Virus record (IMG/VR): IMGVR_UViG_3300045988_081419
Coordinates: 22,541 to 86,540 of that record
Length of the DNA: 64,000 nucleotides
Source of the DNA: a virus
Direction: 5' to 3' (one strand)
Shown piece after piece: positions 45,158-55,648 of the stretch (within the stretch, counting starts at the first letter, position 1; the number at the start of each line of letters is the position of its first letter). The notes under the pieces are model-generated. The model was not told where the DNA came from. It saw only the letters and a program-made list of their open reading frames with translations, and did no database searches. The translations under genes and the position numbers were made by a program.

Positions 45158-45820
45158 TTATTTTGTGGTAGAACCGAATCCACCATTTCTCTCTTCTGTT
45201 ACTTCTTCTTCAACTGCTAAAAAGTACTCTTCAAAAATACCTTGACAGAACGCTTCTCCTGCTTTAACACTAAAGGTCTTGTCTCCCTCATTTGTAATCT
45301 TAATGAAGATATGACCCTCGTTATCAGAGTTGTAGTAATCACTGTCAATAATACCTACTGTGTTATCAAGTCTTACTCTGTACTTGAATCCTAAACCACT
45401 TCTAGGATACTCTTTCAACACATATCCGTCTTTAATTTTACAACGAATACCAGTAGGTACTTTAACTGTTTCTCCGGGGTTCAATGTGAAGTCAAATGGG
45501 GAAAAGAAATCATATCCTGCACTTCCCTTTGTTGCTCTTCTAGGAAGTTTGATATTATCATACTCATTGGTATGGTCTCCTCTAGTAAACACTTCATCTG
45601 GATTCCACTTTTTAGAATCACAGTACTGACCCCATGAAACTTTCTCAAACTGTGCTACTGTTTTAGGGGAGATATTAAAACCTTTCTCAATTACCTCTTG
45701 AACAGTTAAGTTCTCACCACTCTGAATCTCATAACCTTTCTTTAAAATGGCTTCTCTACTATCTGTGTCAAGCCATGCTACTACCTCACCTGTGTTTAAA
45801 CTAAAAATCTGATACTGCAT
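45158..45820 (-). CDS. dut: dUTPase with N-terminal extension
   Basis: KGSAGYDF, PRSGLG and GIIDSDY motifs in the C-terminal ~140 aa. Confidence 0.75.
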   Translation of the reverse strand: MQYQIFSLNTGEVVAWLDTDSREAILKKGYEIQSGENLTVQEVIEKGFNISPKTVAQFEKVSWGQYCDSKKWNPDEVFTRGDHTNEYDNIKLPRRATKGSAGYDFFSPFDFTLNPGETVKVPTGIRCKIKDGYVLKEYPRSGLGFKYRVRLDNTVGIIDSDYYNSDNEGHIFIKITNEGDKTFSVKAGEAFCQGIFEEYFLAVEEEVTEERNGGFGSTTK

Positions 45821-45825
45821 ATTAC

Positions 45826-46536
45826 TTATTCTCCTCTCTTGAACAGTTTATGTCTTTTCATTTTGAGAACCTCAACCTGTTCTGCTTTCTTTTTCAGTTC
45901 ATTCTCTTGTCTCTTAATCTCCCGGTCTAACTTCTTCTTTTCAGATTTCTCCTGCTTTTCTTTCCTAGCTGTTTTCTTAGACAAGATTTTCTCCTGCTCT
46001 TTAACAGAGTTCTGTTTTAAAGAGTGTTCAAATTTAGCTTTCTCAGTAGAGCCAAAAAGTTTTTTGAGAACAGCCTGTGCAAAAGCACCATAAGGGTCAT
46101 TAGGTGTACCCTCTGCTCTCTTAACTTGTGTCTTCGTATCATCAGCCCAAATAATAATGGTGTAGTCACCACTGTGATGAATTTTCTTAATCTCTGGAAT
46201 TGAATACATAGAATTTTCCTCCTTGATTTTATATGATTTTAATAATTCTGTGTAAGCACCACTTATAGATTCTGTCTCTTCTTCCTCTACCAGAATATTA
46301 TAGTTAGGAACAAATACACGATTTTTAATTAAAACACCTAAAACTATTCCCTCTACAACTCTTTTGTCAACCTTATGGCTCTCACTCCTTGAGACTTTAC
46401 AGTGAATACAAATAGATGTTTTCATGTAGAGTCTTTCTGTTATCTGTATATTTGTAATTTCAAAGGTGGTTAAACCACCCTCTTCAAAATAATCTAAAAT
46501 ATTCTCTTTAATATCTTGTACAATTTTTGGATTCAT
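45826..46536 (-). CDS. Hypothetical protein with K/E-rich C-terminal tail
   Basis: 236-aa ORF. Confidence 0.5.
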   Translation of the reverse strand: MNPKIVQDIKENILDYFEEGGLTTFEITNIQITERLYMKTSICIHCKVSRSESHKVDKRVVEGIVLGVLIKNRVFVPNYNILVEEEETESISGAYTELLKSYKIKEENSMYSIPEIKKIHHSGDYTIIIWADDTKTQVKRAEGTPNDPYGAFAQAVLKKLFGSTEKAKFEHSLKQNSVKEQEKILSKKTARKEKQEKSEKKKLDREIKRQENELKKKAEQVEVLKMKRHKLFKRGE

Positions 46537-46548
46537 AATATACCTCCT

Positions 46549-48915
46549 TTATTTTGCGTCTTGATAACTGTCACCAGTATCATAATCTGCTCTTAAAAAT
46601 GGAACTTGTCTGTCTTCTCTATTACCAAATGGGTGTTCCATGTACTGTTTGATTAAAGGTATAGCTTCTTCCAGATGTTCTTCTGGACACTCAAACACCA
46701 ATTCATCATGTACTTGAATCATCATATTACAACCCATTTCTCTTAATCTTTCATCTGCGTCCACTCTTATCTGAGCATTGATACAAATATCACCGGCAGT
46801 TCCTTGAATAGCACTATTTACTGCAAGTCTTTCACAATAAGAAGACACCTTTCTGTCATGTGAGTTAATGTCTGGAAGTCTTCTCTTTCTTCCAAGAATG
46901 GTGTACACACACTTATTTCTATGTGCGTATTTCTTCTGTCCAGAAATGAATTTTGCTACACCCTTATAGGAGTCAAAGTACTTATCAATAAACACCTGTG
47001 CTACATCAACACCATTCTTACAATGGTATAATTCAAGGTACTCTTTAGCACCTAAATCAAGTGGGGAGAAATGGTCGGACTTCAAACTCTCATAAAGTTT
47101 ACCTGCTCCACCACCATACATAAGCATGAAGTTGATAGTCTTAGCCGCTTGACGTAAGTGAGGATATTCTTTCTTAACCTCAACTGGTGTACACTCTAAG
47201 TTAAACATATTTACTGCTGTAGAACCATGAGCGTCATCATCATTGGCAAACATTTCCGTCAAGTTCTTATCATGGCTAAAGTAAGTCAGACACACCATTT
47301 CAAGGTTGTGATAGTCAAGTGCTATGATTTTCTTTCTCTTGCCAGTATTAGGGTCTACACTACCGATAAACACTGAACGAATCTGGTACTTATCGTCCTC
47401 ATTTGCTTTAGGTAACTGTTGCAAGTTTGGATTACTACATGAGAGTCTTCCAGAGTCAGTTCCAATCTGATTAAATGATGGGTGTGCTTTTCCGTCTTCA
47501 TACAACTTCTCAAGAATACCATCTACAAAAGCTGTTTTCAGTTTTGCTAACTTAGAATACTCCATCATCAACTTACACATTTCAACACCCTTTTGTTTTC
47601 TCTTGTTGGTCTTGATTTTCAACTGAGATAACTTCCAGATAGTATCACTATCTGTACTAGGGTTTCCTGTTCCAGTTTCACTCAGCACTTTAAATCCAAA
47701 AGACTTCTCAAGAATGTGTCTGTTCTTATTGGACTCTTTAAAGACAAGACCTTTTTCATCAAAGTAGTATCCATCTTTATTCAGTTTTTCTTGTGCTTCA
47801 TTCTCAGTGAGTTCTCTACCTTTATACTGCTCAATAACTTTCTGAACTTTAGCCGGAACTTTATCTTTCTTAACTGGTGTATCTGGTTTTTCCCACCCAA
47901 ACAAAATTTCTGCTTTCTGCTGTGAAGAACCAATATTAAATTCAACACCTGCAAGTTCATAAATCTGGTAGGTCAACTCTTCAAGGTCATTCTGCATATC
48001 CTCACCCATTTGTCTCAGCTTTTCAACATCAACAGAAACACCTTGTTCTTCCATTCTGTATAAAGTCTGTAAAAATGGGATATACATTTTATAGTATATC
48101 TTGTCCATCTGTTCATCAACAAGTTCTTGAGTGAATCCCAGATACAAACAATAAGTATAAAATGCGTCTGCTATAGCGTATGGAGCACCATCTTCAATAA
48201 GAACTAAATCAAAGGTCACTTTTGAATTGGCTTTATATCCAAACTGTTTCTTGACCTCATTTGGTACTGTTGCTGTTGCTTCTGCAAAGTGAGTCTGTTG
48301 GAGACCCATCTTCTCTAATGAGTTATCTTTCAAACCATTAGGTGTGTTCTCATTACACAGCCATGAAGCTAACATTGTGTCAAACAAATCTGTTGTCTTA
48401 ATCTCAATACCAATTCTCTTTAAAACGTGCATATCGAACTTGAGGTTATGTCCAATAATTCTTACGTCTTCACGCTCAAACACTGGTTTCAAGTACTCTA
48501 CAACCACGTCAAGGTCAAGCTGACAATCAATATCTTCATCACGAACATGACCCAGAGGTATGTAGTAATTATACTTCTCTCCCCAAGAAATACTAATGCC
48601 AACACACTTAAATTTCTTATTTGGACCGAGAACATCAAGAGTGTTGGTCTCTGTATCGTATGCAAACTCCCTAACTTTCATCATGGTATCAGCTAACCAC
48701 TCAAGTCGGTCAAGGTCTGTGATAATCTCATAGTCAATCATTTCCGGCTGAAATGGGAAGTTGCCATGATATTCACCTGTATAAGCATTTTGAATAAAGT
48801 CTTCAATATACTCTTGTGAATATGGTGCTTTTAACACCAACTTCTTTTTAGGTTTAGCCACTGGCTTGAGTCTCTTAGTCTTTTTCTCCACTGGCTTTAT
48901 CTTCTTTAACTTCAC
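46549..48915 (-). CDS. polA: Family A DNA polymerase with 3'-5' exonuclease domain
   Basis: Motif B RQAAKTINFMLMYGG, motif C QVHDELVFE, and an N-terminal exo region FAYDTETN. Confidence 0.85.
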   Translation of the reverse strand: MKLKKIKPVEKKTKRLKPVAKPKKKLVLKAPYSQEYIEDFIQNAYTGEYHGNFPFQPEMIDYEIITDLDRLEWLADTMMKVREFAYDTETNTLDVLGPNKKFKCVGISISWGEKYNYYIPLGHVRDEDIDCQLDLDVVVEYLKPVFEREDVRIIGHNLKFDMHVLKRIGIEIKTTDLFDTMLASWLCNENTPNGLKDNSLEKMGLQQTHFAEATATVPNEVKKQFGYKANSKVTFDLVLIEDGAPYAIADAFYTYCLYLGFTQELVDEQMDKIYYKMYIPFLQTLYRMEEQGVSVDVEKLRQMGEDMQNDLEELTYQIYELAGVEFNIGSSQQKAEILFGWEKPDTPVKKDKVPAKVQKVIEQYKGRELTENEAQEKLNKDGYYFDEKGLVFKESNKNRHILEKSFGFKVLSETGTGNPSTDSDTIWKLSQLKIKTNKRKQKGVEMCKLMMEYSKLAKLKTAFVDGILEKLYEDGKAHPSFNQIGTDSGRLSCSNPNLQQLPKANEDDKYQIRSVFIGSVDPNTGKRKKIIALDYHNLEMVCLTYFSHDKNLTEMFANDDDAHGSTAVNMFNLECTPVEVKKEYPHLRQAAKTINFMLMYGGGAGKLYESLKSDHFSPLDLGAKEYLELYHCKNGVDVAQVFIDKYFDSYKGVAKFISGQKKYAHRNKCVYTILGRKRRLPDINSHDRKVSSYCERLAVNSAIQGTAGDICINAQIRVDADERLREMGCNMMIQVHDELVFECPEEHLEEAIPLIKQYMEHPFGNREDRQVPFLRADYDTGDSYQDAK

Positions 48916-49005
48916 AAGCTATTTTCTCCTTTCTCTTAAACTTAAAAGAGTAGCTTACACTCTTCATTTAAAGTATAAGCTACTCTGTGAATTATGGCAA
49001 ATCTC

Positions 49006-49275
49006 CTACTGGTTTAACTCCTGCTCAAGTTCTGCCCCGATTGTGAGTTTCAAAGAGTTCTTGTCTTCTGTAGTGTATTCTTTTCCATTACATTTTCCAG
49101 AACGTCCTTTCTTCAACACTTTCTTCAATGTGAGAATACCCTTAAAGGAAACTCCTCCCTCTTTCAGTTTTGCTTTCAGAACATCAAGAAATGCTCTTAC
49201 TTCTGCTTCTGCCTGTGTCTTACTGATACCTCTCTTCTGAGCGTATGCTTCTACAAAATCTTTCAATCCACTCAT
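49006..49275 (-). CDS. HU/IHF-like DNA-binding protein
   Basis: 89 aa with the typical HU layout (helical N-terminus, then a beta-arm). Confidence 0.65.
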   Translation of the reverse strand: MSGLKDFVEAYAQKRGISKTQAEAEVRAFLDVLKAKLKEGGVSFKGILTLKKVLKKGRSGKCNGKEYTTEDKNSLKLTIGAELEQELNQ

Positions 49276-49293
49276 TTTGATTACCTCCTTAAT

Positions 49294-50151
49294 CTATCTG
49301 CTAACACTTTTCTTCATAAGTGATTTAGCCTTACTCTGTGGGTTCTTTTTAACACTGTTCTGAGGTTTAAAAAGTGATTTCTTCTTACCGGCAGGTTTAC
49401 TTAACTTCTTACCACCAGAAGACAGCTTTCTTGCAGGTCTTTCACCCTCTTCTTCATCATCAACACCCATAACAGAATCTCTTCCGTCATAGTCATCTTC
49501 TTCATCACTGTCATCAGAAGAGTCACCTGTATAACCTTTGATGTTCATTTCAAGCTGTTCTTCAAGAATCTGATACAGACTGTCTTCTGTACCATCATAA
49601 GTATCTCTGAGTTTCTCTGGCAACATATTCTTGATTTCCTGCTCAGTCAACTTCACTTTATCTCCACGCTCAAATGTGTAGTTAGTAGATGTACCAGAAC
49701 CAAGTCTAACCATAGTGATTGTTCTTCCAGACAGACCATACTTTGTACTGATACGGTCAAGCTGAGAAATAACTTTTGTTCCATACACAAACAACTTTAA
49801 GCTACCCTCTGCCTGCTGTTTCTTACCGTTCTTATCAGTGTACTCAAAAGGTCTACAATCCCATACAAGGAAAGCACCTTTAAATGAGGGTCTGTCTCCA
49901 TCATTACACAACTCACACTTATCATCCTGTGTGCAAGTGTACTGATTAAATACATCTTTTCCATTTCTTGAGCCTTTCACATTATGCTCTTGAAAATTGA
50001 CTGGCTCTTCTGTTAAGAAGATAAGGTCAGCTTCATCACCATCTTTTGCAAGGAAGAAACGAAACAGTCTTTTACCTCTGTTCTCTGCCAGTTTCTCTTG
50101 TCTCTCTTTTTCCTGTCTGTTGGCTTCATAGCCCTTTTTAAACATACCCAT
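49294..50151 (-). CDS. Hypothetical protein, possible ssDNA-binding protein
   Basis: 285 aa in the replication module, with an acidic DSSDDSDEEDDYDG segment and then a basic tail. The function is a guess from position. Confidence 0.35.
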   Translation of the reverse strand: MGMFKKGYEANRQEKERQEKLAENRGKRLFRFFLAKDGDEADLIFLTEEPVNFQEHNVKGSRNGKDVFNQYTCTQDDKCELCNDGDRPSFKGAFLVWDCRPFEYTDKNGKKQQAEGSLKLFVYGTKVISQLDRISTKYGLSGRTITMVRLGSGTSTNYTFERGDKVKLTEQEIKNMLPEKLRDTYDGTEDSLYQILEEQLEMNIKGYTGDSSDDSDEEDDYDGRDSVMGVDDEEEGERPARKLSSGGKKLSKPAGKKKSLFKPQNSVKKNPQSKAKSLMKKSVSR

Positions 50152-50214
50152 AATTCTCTTTCTCCTTTCGCTAATAAATTCATAAATTCTATATAAATTA
50201 TGGTAATTTGAAGT

Positions 50215-50430
50215 TTAACATACACCATGCTGATTGTCAAACTTCTTTTGAGGTGTCAACAACTCTAAATGCCTTTGAGTGTACCTTAACTGGTTCATAA
50301 TGTAATCATCATTTAAGTCACCTCCGCTTTCTAACCAGTCTGCTACTCTTCTGATAACATCAGCTTTAACACTATCCTCACACTTAGCAAGATTGATTAT
50401 CAGTTCCTTTGCAATGTCTTTTTGTTTCAT
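50215..50430 (-). CDS. Hypothetical protein
   Basis: 71-aa ORF. Confidence 0.45.
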   Translation of the reverse strand: MKQKDIAKELIINLAKCEDSVKADVIRRVADWLESGGDLNDDYIMNQLRYTQRHLELLTPQKKFDNQHGVC

Positions 50431-50432
50431 AG

Positions 50433-51476
50433 TTATAACCTCCTAAGTTTTCTATTAACAATGCTATGTGCATTATCAACCATGTTATGCAACTCGTCAT
50501 AAGACCAATTACAAGGGTCTTTACCCTGCTCTGGAAAGTCTACTACAAAGAACTCTACTTTACCCTTTAAAATCTCTGAGTTCTTCTTTCTTGCTTCTAA
50601 TCCTCGTTCATCATTATCACCAATGTATATCACTCTGGAACAGTGATTCTGAATGAACTTAACCTGCTCTTCACTTAAATAGTCCGTCATTATAGCAAGT
50701 GTGTTTGGCAGGTCACACTTATGACACCAGATAGCGTCTAACTGACCTTCAACAAGAATAATGGTGTTGTCTATCACTTTAAAATGCTGTAAAGGATAAA
50801 GATAGTTACTCCTATTAAAATGGTCGTAAATCTTATACCTCTGGTTCTTCTTTCTATTCTTGCTAATATATCTACCAATCACTCCCACCAGTTTATTGTT
50901 CTCATTGAACACTGGAAAAGTGACTGTTTTACTTACATCATCATAACCCACCATAAACTTCTTCATGTCTTCTTTATCAAATCCCCGGTCAAAGAAATAC
51001 TTATAGGTACTCTTGCCGGACTGAAAAGGTGCTATCTTCCAAAGTGGTATTGTGATTTCAGTGTCTTCCAACTCAATTCTATTCTGTCTAACTTCATCAT
51101 ATCTTTTCACATAGCGAAGTTTACTACCAAGTTCTCTATACTCAAGTTCATACCTGTCTTTTAAAAACGCTCTAGCTTTTCTTTCAGCTTTAAACCAAGT
51201 CTTCTTTATAGTGTCTTCTGTACTAGGGTCATACCCAAATTCGTCTGGAAGAGAGAGGTATAATAACTTAGAAAATGAACCACTTGCCCCACAAGAGAAA
51301 CAGTGGAATATCTGTTTTTCAGCAGATACTCCACATGAGGGATTACTCTCTCCATGAACAGGACAGCAGATTAACATATCTTCGTCTCTCCACTGTGTAG
51401 GTCTTGAGCCACAATAAGTTATGAGGTCTTCTATCTGTTCTTTAGATAATGTCATTCCCATAAAACAACACCTCAT
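50433..51476 (-). CDS. dnaG: DnaG-type DNA primase
   Basis: CHC2 zinc finger CCPVHGESNPS...HCFSCGASG. Toprim VEGQLDAI and YIGDNDERG. ATGA start/stop overlap with the upstream gene. Confidence 0.8.
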   Translation of the reverse strand: MRCCFMGMTLSKEQIEDLITYCGSRPTQWRDEDMLICCPVHGESNPSCGVSAEKQIFHCFSCGASGSFSKLLYLSLPDEFGYDPSTEDTIKKTWFKAERKARAFLKDRYELEYRELGSKLRYVKRYDEVRQNRIELEDTEITIPLWKIAPFQSGKSTYKYFFDRGFDKEDMKKFMVGYDDVSKTVTFPVFNENNKLVGVIGRYISKNRKKNQRYKIYDHFNRSNYLYPLQHFKVIDNTIILVEGQLDAIWCHKCDLPNTLAIMTDYLSEEQVKFIQNHCSRVIYIGDNDERGLEARKKNSEILKGKVEFFVVDFPEQGKDPCNWSYDELHNMVDNAHSIVNRKLRRL

Positions 51477-51922
51477 TCAAAATATTTGCAACAAAAATCT
51501 TCACTGACATATACACCAGAAGTTTGTGAACACTCTTCCATTTTAGTCTGGTATAAGACACTAACATTTTCATCAAGGACTTCCTTTAAAGAAGTGTCTG
51601 CAAAACTTCCCCATGATTGTCTAAAATGTTCCTCAAACTCTTTCTTTCTCTTCTGAGAGACTCCCCACTTATCAAGAATACTCTCAACATCAAACATAAA
51701 CTCCTTGATTAACTTCTCATTATTCAAAGTCTCTTCAAGTGTTTCACTTAAATACCCATTTTCTGATACTCCATATACATCTAAAGAGTCTCCTCCGGCA
51801 CTGTACTCTTTACAGTAGCACTTTCCCTCTTTATACCAGTGACACCATCTGCAACAATGGTACATATCTTCTTTTGGGTCTTCTGTTCTAACTACTCTTT
51901 TTAACTTCGCCACACTCAACAC
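51473..51922 (-). CDS. Cys-rich hypothetical protein
   Basis: 149-aa ORF with CCRWCHWYKEGKCYC. Confidence 0.5.
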   Translation of the reverse strand: MLSVAKLKRVVRTEDPKEDMYHCCRWCHWYKEGKCYCKEYSAGGDSLDVYGVSENGYLSETLEETLNNEKLIKEFMFDVESILDKWGVSQKRKKEFEEHFRQSWGSFADTSLKEVLDENVSVLYQTKMEECSQTSGVYVSEDFCCKYFE

Positions 51923-51925
51923 CTC

Positions 51926-53269
51926 CTAATTTACAGACATAATATTTCCCTCATACTCTTCATCTGTATAACCTTGCTCTGCATTGTCACCAGAACTCTC
52001 ACTGTAAATACTATCAAAATTCATTCTGTTAAAATCCCACTGGATAAGGACTTTACCCAGAACACCCTCACGCTGTTTCAACACTTTAACTCCCATTTCT
52101 CTGTCATTTATCATAACTTCGTCTCTGAATAAAGCAAGGACGTTATCACTATCCTGTCCAATAGCTTGAGAGTACATGATAGACCCCAACTCTGGTCCGG
52201 TCTTCTTACTTGTGTTCTTATCAGCCTGTGTGTTAATCAGTATAGGCAAGTGCCAGTTCTTTGCTACTTTCTTTAAATCTCTGGTGATATGTGTTACTCT
52301 CAACCAGTCATCTTTTGCACCCTGCTCGTCTTCCATAAGATACACACCATCAATAAGAACTAAATCCGGCTTTTCTTTTTCAATGACTGATACAACACTT
52401 GAAACACCAGTGGCAGTCTCAATAATAAGAGGTTCAAGTTTAGGTAAGTCATCTTCCAGAAACTCAAAATAGGCTTGTTCTGTCTCTAATGGAAGAGTAC
52501 CAGACTTAAAGTTATTGTAATCAAAATCTCCGCACATCATACCAAATAACATAGCTTCAAATCGGTCACGCATGAGGTCAGTACTCATTTCTGTGATGAA
52601 TACGCACACCTTGTAGTTATTAAGCTGTGCATAAGCACCTACAAGAATAAGAAACCAAGTCTTACCTACACCAGAGTTAGCAATAAGTGTGGTAAGTGTC
52701 TCTTTTACAAGACCTTTCAGTATATAATCTAAATGTGGTATTCCAGTAGGAATACCCATGATACCTTTCTTCTCTTTTCTCTCTAAGTATGCTCTTTTTC
52801 GGTCTTCTGTATCTTTTGTAATGTCCACAGAAGAAGATATAACAACTTCATCTTCAATCTGCCAGACACCTTTCTTTAAAATTGCATAGGCTTCTTCTGA
52901 CTCACCCTCGTCAAGTTTCTCCGCAACTGCTTCTACCACATCAGCAGTTCTATTGTGCATAGACTTAATATGTAACTGGTTACACCAGTACAACAATGAT
53001 TCATCAGTACCTATATGTTCAACTCCCTCAACTGTGTGTACTTCTAATTCATAGTTAGGAAATTTCTGAGCCAAAACTCTTGAAGTTGGAATTTCACCAG
53101 TGGAACTAAACTGGTTCTGTATAAAGGAATAAACTCTTCTGTTATCCCCAGTAAAGAAAGAGGGTTTTATTTGTTGGTCTTTCAGAAGTTTCATATCCTT
53201 TTCTTCTAAAAGTTTAGAAATAAAACCCCTCTCTACATTATAATTTTTGCCCTTTTTACTTAATTTCAT
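51926..53269 (-). CDS. dnaB: DnaB-like replicative helicase
   Basis: Walker A ANSGVGKTWF and Walker B LVLIDGVYLM, with a DnaB-like N-terminal domain. Confidence 0.8.
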   Translation of the reverse strand: MKLSKKGKNYNVERGFISKLLEEKDMKLLKDQQIKPSFFTGDNRRVYSFIQNQFSSTGEIPTSRVLAQKFPNYELEVHTVEGVEHIGTDESLLYWCNQLHIKSMHNRTADVVEAVAEKLDEGESEEAYAILKKGVWQIEDEVVISSSVDITKDTEDRKRAYLERKEKKGIMGIPTGIPHLDYILKGLVKETLTTLIANSGVGKTWFLILVGAYAQLNNYKVCVFITEMSTDLMRDRFEAMLFGMMCGDFDYNNFKSGTLPLETEQAYFEFLEDDLPKLEPLIIETATGVSSVVSVIEKEKPDLVLIDGVYLMEDEQGAKDDWLRVTHITRDLKKVAKNWHLPILINTQADKNTSKKTGPELGSIMYSQAIGQDSDNVLALFRDEVMINDREMGVKVLKQREGVLGKVLIQWDFNRMNFDSIYSESSGDNAEQGYTDEEYEGNIMSVN

Positions 53270-53715
53270 TGGAAACGCTTCACCTTTCTTCTCAGCATAG
53301 TATTGAACTCCTCAACACTTACTGCATATTTGCTGTTTACTAACGCTCTTCTATTGTAGCATGAGTCCACATAGATTGACAACTCTCCTGTATTCAACAT
53401 CATAGTTACCTCAGAAATGCTAGTAAGCACCAATCCTACTTGATTGTAGGGGATATTCATTTCCTCAAGAGTATCTTTCAACTCATCTGTATAATTTTCT
53501 TTGTCCACAATAAGACTAACTGTGTACTCCGTATTTTCGTAGATATAACGCATGAGAGACAAGACCTGCATATCTACTTCGGCATTATGGGCTTTGCCTT
53601 TCAGCAGATTGAAGAACTTGTCTTTCACACTTTTTTTCTTAAACTTTAGGAGACAATCTTCACAGCGGACACCAATAATAAAACTTCTTTGATTGCTAAT
53701 GTCTCCATGTAACAT
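53266..53715 (-). CDS. Hypothetical protein
   Basis: 149-aa ORF. Confidence 0.5.
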   Translation of the reverse strand: MLHGDISNQRSFIIGVRCEDCLLKFKKKSVKDKFFNLLKGKAHNAEVDMQVLSLMRYIYENTEYTVSLIVDKENYTDELKDTLEEMNIPYNQVGLVLTSISEVTMMLNTGELSIYVDSCYNRRALVNSKYAVSVEEFNTMLRRKVKRFQ

Positions 53716-53717
53716 AA

Positions 53718-54077
53718 TTACTCCTCCACTGGTTTAAGAATATCACTATAAGATTTATTGACTGGACAAACACTAAAATGTCTGCCAGATAACTCACCGT
53801 TATCTTTTACTGGTCTAACATAAAGAGTACCAGATTCACACTCAAGTAAACACTTCTGTACTTTTCTGGTCTTACCTGCTACAACTTCTGCCATAGCATA
53901 ATCTCCAATTTTAAAGGGAAGAATCTGAATACTAAGAATCTCTTTCCGAATGTCTTCATTTTCTTCAAGAAGACTCCTTATCTTCTGTTCATTATACTGT
54001 AACTTCGTTTTTAATTCCTGCAATCTGTTATTCTCTACAGAAGTATTTTTAATTTTTGTAGATTTCTTTAACACCAT
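53718..54077 (-). CDS. Hypothetical protein
   Basis: 119-aa ORF, SD AAGGAGGA. Confidence 0.5.
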   Translation of the reverse strand: MVLKKSTKIKNTSVENNRLQELKTKLQYNEQKIRSLLEENEDIRKEILSIQILPFKIGDYAMAEVVAGKTRKVQKCLLECESGTLYVRPVKDNGELSGRHFSVCPVNKSYSDILKPVEE

Positions 54078-54079
54078 AA

Positions 54080-54420
54080 TTACTGTCCTCCTTTTCTATC
54101 AAATGATAAATCAATCTTAAATTCACCCGGAGAATACACTTCGACAAACTGACCCTCTTTAACAGCTTATTGACCATAGTAATCACCTTTATTAAGATGG
54201 CTTAACACTCTCTGAATTGTGGTGCTTCTACTTGCTCTTTCCTCAAAAGCAATGTAACCATTGTCAAGGTTAATCATAGAACAGTAAGTAGCTGTAGACT
54301 GACCTGCATACTGAGACTTACCTTACAAGGTAACACATACACTTTACAACCTGCTCTAAACAACTTTCTTGCAATAGGTTTACTGACTTTCTGATACACA
54401 CCATTATCAAACTCATTCAT
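54080..54420 (-). pseudogene. Disrupted small gene (one frameshift and one in-frame TAA)
   Basis: The ATG at 54418-54420 overlaps the upstream stop (ATGA). Frame 1 gives MNEFDNGVYQKVSKPIARKLFRAGCKVYVLPCK. The protein-like sequence continues in another frame (KSQYAGQSTATYCSMINLDNGYIAFEERASRSTTIQRVLSHLNKGDYYGQ), then TAA (54168-54170), then AVKEGQFVEVYSPGEFKIDLSFDRKGGQ. Confidence 0.55.
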
Positions 54421-55043
54421 CATAAACTTCTTCTATCCTTTCCCACAATTTTTATAATGGTCTGTGTTCCATTTACTAAAGAACATACACTATTACCATA
54501 GTTGGCTTTAAATGCAGGTAAATCAAGATTACAACAAATAATGGTAACAAGACCATGCTCTTCTCTATATCTTAATAAGTCCTCTAAAATAGGTTGAGCA
54601 ATCTTACTATCAATCTCTTTGCCGATTTCTTCAAGCACAAGAAATTCAACACCTTTATACTTCTCATAGAAGTCATTCTCAACCACACTCTTTTCAGCCT
54701 TATCTTTTACACTCCATGCTTCTGTATAATAACTGATATACTGACTAAAGGTTACTCTCCGGCAGGAGTATCTTCTTCTGTATGCTTCTTTTAAAATAAT
54801 GCAGGACAACATACTCTTCCCAACACCATTTGAACCACAAAAGAAGATACCTCTATTCTCTTCAATATTCTCATATAAGTTATCAATGTATTTTTTCACA
54901 AAAGACTTAACCTCTTTTACTTCTGGATATGCTACAAAATCATCTAAAGTGACCTTACAAAAATGTTTTGGAACTCCCATAAGAATTAAACTCTGTTCAT
55001 TGATAACTGGTCTTAAAGGTCTTTTCATGTATATACCCTCCAC
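54420..55043 (-). CDS. DnaC/IstB-like AAA+ helicase loader
   Basis: Walker A FFCGSNGVGKSML and Walker B FLVLEEIG. Confidence 0.7.
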   Translation of the reverse strand: MEGIYMKRPLRPVINEQSLILMGVPKHFCKVTLDDFVAYPEVKEVKSFVKKYIDNLYENIEENRGIFFCGSNGVGKSMLSCIILKEAYRRRYSCRRVTFSQYISYYTEAWSVKDKAEKSVVENDFYEKYKGVEFLVLEEIGKEIDSKIAQPILEDLLRYREEHGLVTIICCNLDLPAFKANYGNSVCSLVNGTQTIIKIVGKDRRSL

Positions 55044-55046
55044 TTA

Positions 55047-55598
55047 CTAAAATTTAGCTCCAATCTGTGTTTCAACAGTATCAGAGGATTCCCATTCACC
55101 TTTTAACTTTTTAGAAGTCCTTTTCTTTGAACGAGGAATGTACTTGTCTTCCACCCACAGTTTAAAATCAGCATAAACAGTGTTTATCCAACTACTTGCA
55201 AGTATGTTAGGACTTAATCTTTCTCTATCAAGATAGTCCTGTTCACTATTATAGAGGAACTCAATCATTCCACAAATTTCTCTAGGGGAGTAATTCTGCA
55301 AAAGAACTTTAAAGATGTGCATATCCTTTTGTACATTGCTTATCACATATTTGAATCCTGCTTCTTCTGCAACCTTTTTAAAGTAATAGGTCAAGTCTCT
55401 TGTTTTAAAAGAGTCAATGTACTCTTCCAGATTTTCATACTTTCTCAAAAACTGCTCATACTGAGAGCCACCACTATAATTCCTTTTCTTAGGTGTTTCT
55501 GGTTCTCTCTGAGTATTCTTTACTGCAACCTGTCCTCTTCTCTGTCTTAAAGTAGAAACGAGGTCATTGTTGCCGACTCTAGTTGTTATACGTTTCAT
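55047..55598 (-). CDS. Hypothetical protein (possible replication initiator/organiser)
   Basis: 183-aa ORF directly upstream of the loader. The function is guessed from position only. Confidence 0.35.
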   Translation of the reverse strand: MKRITTRVGNNDLVSTLRQRRGQVAVKNTQREPETPKKRNYSGGSQYEQFLRKYENLEEYIDSFKTRDLTYYFKKVAEEAGFKYVISNVQKDMHIFKVLLQNYSPREICGMIEFLYNSEQDYLDRERLSPNILASSWINTVYADFKLWVEDKYIPRSKKRTSKKLKGEWESSDTVETQIGAKF

Positions 55599-55648
55599 AG
55601 TTACCTCCTATTTAAAAGAAGACCTGTGTTTCAAGGTCTTCTCATTTC

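Noticed and set aside
54168-54170. The in-frame TAA, considered as evidence of stop-codon reassignment.
   Set aside because: TAA terminates many well-defined genes in this window. The same locus also carries a frameshift, and no canonical suppressor tRNA is present.
54318-54330. The GTAAGT at the frame break, considered as a splice donor or intron boundary.
   Set aside because: No intron-like structure or matching acceptor is present, and phage genes of this type are not spliced. A simple indel explains it.
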